Of a stretch of DNA of 64,000 nucleotides, positions 59,501 through 64,000 are shown piece by piece (positions within the stretch are counted from its first letter, which is position 1; each line of letters opens with the position of its first letter). Origin of the DNA: Raillietiella orientalis (taxonomy: Eukaryota). The notes under the pieces are model-generated. The model worked only from the letters and a program-made list of their open reading frames with translations. It was not told where the DNA came from and ran no database searches. Position numbers and translations under genes: made by a program. Location of the stretch: contig JAYWIR010000005.1 in assembly GCA_036172245.1 (NCBI GenBank), forward strand, positions 1,116,001 through 1,180,000, read 5' to 3'.

Positions 59501-62500
59501 TGTCGAAATGTGCCCGAAAATGATTGGACTTTGCATGTGGCACGAGGAAAAATGCACATTTGGTAGACGATGTGGAGCTGAAATCAGTGTGTCCGTTTGA
59601 GTGGATGTGACATGGAATTGGATGAGATTTTGAGATGGCCTGGGAGTGCTTCATTCTTACCATGGATATCTTATAAATGCAGAATGCACCCGGACGTGCT
59701 TCCGAGTTAATCTATGCTCCGTACTTACAGAAAGTGACCTGCAACAAACGTGTGAGATCTCGTTGCTATATCTGGTCCACAGAACAATGATTTACATCTT
59801 CAGTGAAAAATTTATCTCGAGCTTATCAGCTAATTGATAGTAGCCAGAACTTATGGAAATCCAGCCAACATGTGATGGGTTTCACCTGTTCGCTCTAAAC
59901 GGAAACCCTGAGTGTGCTTTTGCTTGTTTCGCCAGTTCTGGGCTACTTATGCGTGACGTATTGATTTGTACGGTGCATTTAAGGAGAAACTCGACATCAG
60001 TCTCATGAGATGCAACATGATATGCATCTTGAAATGTAACCTGCTTTCGTTACCCATTCATTCTTTTAGCAACTTAGAACCCGAACTAAAGAATGCATCA
60101 TTTAGACTTCCTCGTTTCTCTTCCGAGAAGTTCCGGTCTTCTGCACTCTGTTCCTTCCCCTTGCGTTTTGTTGTTTTTGTTACTCTGGCACTCTGCAGAC
60201 TTCAAGTCTTGGATGCTTCCGAAAAAAAAGCTTTGGTAGTCATATTTAGCTCTTTATGTGTGACTTTTCGCGTCCCAGCTGTTGCCGCTATCCCTGTGTG
60301 TCGTCGTTCAGGCAAACATCTTGTTCCGGTTCCGGCGTTCAGGCATGAGAGGAAATGATTTGGGTGCTTCGTTTCATGTGATGCATGTGATTAATCGTGT
60401 TTAGCATTATGTCACGTGGCATTTATGTGCCTCTTCGCTCGACGGCCAGTATGCACTTTATTTTCAAATCGGTCAGCAGGAAAATTCGGAGAAGGCTGGC
60501 CGTATGGGTCGCAGCATTACGACGGCATCTGAACTACACATAAAGGGGAGGGCTCTCCACCAGCCTCAGCATCTCCGAATCTTCGTTTGCATCAGTTGCA
60601 TGAGGTGCACTTCCTAAGGACATTCTATCCTTATCGTTTCGGGTGACCTCATTTACTTCATAAGTACCTCACCATTCTCCTCCTGTGTAGAAAGTGGAAC
60701 ATCAACGTCTTATGGTGGATGCCCAAGTCGTTTTCCCTCTCTGGGAAAGCTGGCAGGCAGCGTCCTGATACTTCAGTTCTTTTTCACTCCTGGTGATGCT
60801 GCAGCCCCCCCGTCTCCCCTCTATTTTCGAAGAGACAAAATACATCCAGCGCCACCGCTCTTTTGCTCTTCTGCAGCACCAAGTCGAACCGCAAAAGGAG
60901 AATCCAGACCCGGGATTTTTCTATTTGCAGATGTCAGTCAGGGTGCATCCGGCTATTTCGACGGCGGTCGTAGTCAACCTTCCCACTGTCGCATCATGTG
61001 TACGAGCGAGAACGTCTCGTGCCAAGCATTGTAAACCGCAGCGACGGCATGAATGAAATCGTCGGCAAGGTTCGGAGAAGCTGGCCGAAGAGGTCGCAGT
61101 GTTATATGATGCCATCCGATGCTGCTTAGTTCTTTGCCAAATGGCCGGGAAACAGCGTTCGTGGTTTCGGCGCGTCTTCTGGCGATGGATTCCTATCGGC
61201 GGGGCTTCTGTTTTTTTCACGAGCTCGTTTCGTCGGATGATTCATTCGGTCCATTCCTTGGTGAACTCTCTTCTTTGACGAGAGTTTGCTTGCTCCTTCT
61301 CCGATTTGGGGGGGGTGGGGATAATAAACCGGGATGCGCTTGCGTGCGAAGTCAGCAAAAAACGAAAAACACACACAAGAAGGGAAAACTCGAATTCAAT
61401 TAAGGGTGTTGGCCAGTTTCCACGGAAGAGGGTATTTGTGTGTGTTGCGTGTACCAGTGCAGGTGCGGTACACGTTCGAGCACATTTGGAGCGGGCAGTT
61501 CTGGTCCCCGGACGGTGTTCTCTCTCCAGCATCTCATCCCTCGTACTACGGGTTCTCATTGGATTCTTCTTGCTTTTGCATGAAGTTGCTTGCAGTCTGC
61601 TTCGCCTTCATCCCCTTTCTTTTCTTTGGCAGCTACGAAGACATGTATGATGGTTCCTCGCCGTGCTCATCGAGGACTGCCAACGGAAGAGACACGGCCT
61701 CCAAGAGAAGCAAGCAGGACGCGAAGCTGAACCTGGGAGAAGCCGAAGATGACGTGCACATGTGCATCCGTTGCCTCCGCGCTATCATGAATAATAAGGT
61801 AACGTTGGTGCCTCCCGGCGCCGTCGGTGGTGGTCCCACTGTGTGCCGAGACCGCTTCCATTCCAGGAGGCCCTTAGCCGGGTGCTGAACCACAAAGAGG
61901 CGATCAACGCCATCACATTGAGTCTGTATCACAAAAATTACAAGTAAGTTTCATGTCATTGCCGCTCGTGGCCGCTGCATGGTGCTTGCCTTTCCTGTCC
62001 CTGTTGGGAATGGCGACGGCGGAAACCATGCGGCCTTTCTCTTCGTTTTTCGCGCTTTCGAAACCAGGAAACGCGAGTTTCGATTGCGGGGTGAGGGGAA
62101 GCAAGGGAGGCGCAGCTCTTGGATCAGATGCCGGAAGAGACCGCCGTTTGTTCGCACTGCGTTGCAAACCGGAGGAGGATGCCGAAGGTTCCTCGTATCT
62201 GGTCGCCACCCCGTTTGGGCAACAGCCAACGATGTGGCACGCCCTTGCTTCAGCAGCGATTCCCAGATCGTTACCTGAGGTGGAACACGAGTTCTGCATG
62301 CCCGCAACATGTTCTGCATGCTTGCATCGCAAATGCTAATCCCCCTCTTTGTCCCTACACCACTCTGTTAAAGTTGTCCGTGCCAGTGGCCTCCAGAGAA
62401 GAACCGTGCATAGGCGTCAGGCGAGTTTGTTTTGGTGCCCTATGGTGAACGCCAGAAGGTGGAGCACACGTGAGAAACGCGCCTGGCGCGAAAGCCGAAC

Positions 62501-63746
62501 GAGGGAACCTTACGCGAGGAACCTTCGGCATTGGACGCAAGCTGGCGGTGTCAGCAGTGGCGTTGGCTGTGGATCACTCACGCTGACCCCCGAACGGGCT
62601 CCGTGCTTTGGGCTTGGCCAGAGCCGAAAGTGCGCAACAAATTCCAAGGTTAGGCGCGGCCCTTCATCTTTGAATGAACTCAAGAGAACCCGTACGGGGG
62701 CTGGTTGCGTGCCAGGTTGGCGACTCATCACGATCCAACCTCAGGTCAGGTCAGACCGTTTGCCGCTGGGCTCTGCTCTTCAGGCGGCTTTCGGCTTCGT
62801 CCAGGGGCTCGTTCTCGAGTAGTGGAAGAGCCGCTGTTGAGGATCGCCTTCATAGCTTCAATCCCCTTACCCCCTGCCTCCTTCGGCTTAGGAAGAACTC
62901 GTCCGAACGCGTGCCTTTGAGGGCACCGATCGGTGCACATGTGCTTCCACTACTCGAGAGAGGGACGCGTGCACGCTTTGGTTCGCATGTGCACTCAGCA
63001 CACTTTTAGGAAAAGATCCGTTAGCGCGCGTTGGGGAGGTCCCGGAAGTCCGTTGCGAACGGGAGCGAACAGCTGCAAAAGCAAAAGAAGAGATTGCCAA
63101 GAAACTGTAGCGTGTTTTATGTGTAGGACCAAAGCTCTGGTGTTGGAGCTTCTTGCCGCCGTTTGTTTGGTCAAAGGAGGACACGAGCTTATTTTGAGAG
63201 CTTTCGATCACTTCAAGAGTGTCTGCCACGAGTCTCGACGGTTCGAAACGCTGATGGGATATTTCAAAAATCCCGACGCCATCTGCACGGAATTCATGGC
63301 AAGTCTTTGGAACTTTTCTGACGCGACCGTGCTTCCCGGCGTTGTCCGACGGCGCTCGCGTTCGGGTGACCGCTCCCGGTGGCGTGGCACTCCCTCTGTC
63401 CGTCTAACGCGTACTTTCTCCTGTTCAGGGAGCCTGCATGCAGTTCATCAATGTGGTCGTGCACTGCGTCGAGGACCCACACTTTAGGATTTACCTCCAG
63501 TACGAGTTCAACCAGCTGGGCTTGGACTGTTTCCTGGAGAACCTGCGGCTGGTGTCCAGCGAGGACATCGAGGTAAGGTGTCTGCGGCTCCCTTGCCGTT
63601 CCCGGGAACACCGTGCTCCAAAACCGTAGCTCCAGATCGACGCCTACCTGGACAACGTGTTTGATGTGAACGCCTTGCTGGAGGACAGCTGCACGAAGCA
63701 TGAAGCGCTCGAGCAGGTGCTCAGACTGGAAGACGAGCTCGAAATC
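56599..63746 (+). CDS. FMNL: FMNL/FRL-type formin, N-terminal GBD/FH3 region; the gene continues past the window end
   Basis: Exons 56599-56919, 58077-58160, 58210-58296, 58346-58425, 58771-58854, 61633-61798, 61867-61943, 63127-63298, 63429-63572, 63630-63746, plus possible small exons 58962-58985 and 59147-59209. Motifs: MGNxxS myristoylation start, [102 protein letters not shown]...[23 protein letters not shown]. Confidence 0.95.
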
Positions 63747-64000
63747 GTAAGGCTTCCGGACTTGATGTCCAGTTTTCTGCCCCCCCTTCTAACGCTGCCC
63801 ACGACGGTCTCGCCGTGCGCGCGCGCGTGTGCGCCCTTCCTTCCTTCCCATCCCCTTCTCGTGTCTTCCGGGACGACGAGAAGCAGCGCCTTCGTGTTGG
63901 ACGGAACAGCAACCTGCGCGTCTTGGTTCATCTCTGGAGGTCTGATGCCCATTCCTTTCCTACCTTGAAGACTGTTGCGCTTCGAGGGAAGGGTCAAGCA

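Noticed and set aside
60477..60604. Additional formin exon
   Set aside because: It hits a stop codon in the phase required by the flanking exons.
10391..63746. RhoGAP and Rho-effector formin as a functional gene cluster
   Set aside because: Their starts are 40 kb apart with an unrelated gene between them. There is no evidence without synteny data.
1..64000. CRISPR arrays, rRNA, intact tRNA, prokaryotic operons, full-length autonomous LINE
   Set aside because: None seen. The sequence is intron-containing eukaryotic DNA, and no endonuclease domain or intact RT frame was found.

Overview
Animal (metazoan) nuclear DNA, mostly GC-rich, with short spliceosomal introns (mostly 49-130 nt). Most long ORFs in the supplied track are GC-driven artefacts. 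I could build three spliced genes by hand. (1) A FAM13-family RhoGAP on the minus strand (about 16104 to 10391). (2) A strongly diverged CFAP20/BUG22-domain gene on the minus strand (about 43383 to 42095). (3) The 5' half of an FMNL-type formin on the plus strand (56599 to beyond the window end). About 15 kb (0.1-9.1, 31.3-32.3 and 36.2-40.9 kb) is a patchwork of some 16 decayed fragments of one L1/Tx1-like non-LTR retrotransposon family, and this family is the most unusual thing here. Its copies end in a conserved, covarying three-hairpin 3' terminus with almost no poly(A). Two copies have 13-bp target-site duplications. Copies sit antisense inside ORF2 of their own family, twice at the same nucleotide of the RT 'KAFD' motif. 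One copy carries an intron-containing FAM13 fragment in its 3' UTR. A 1.2-kb tract is almost identical between loci 35.6 kb apart whose flanks are diverged. Other observations: a hairpin-rich dispersed repeat, a steep GC3 change inside the formin gene, a GC-AG intron and candidate micro-exons. All alignments and counts were done by eye; no database search was run and the species cannot be named.
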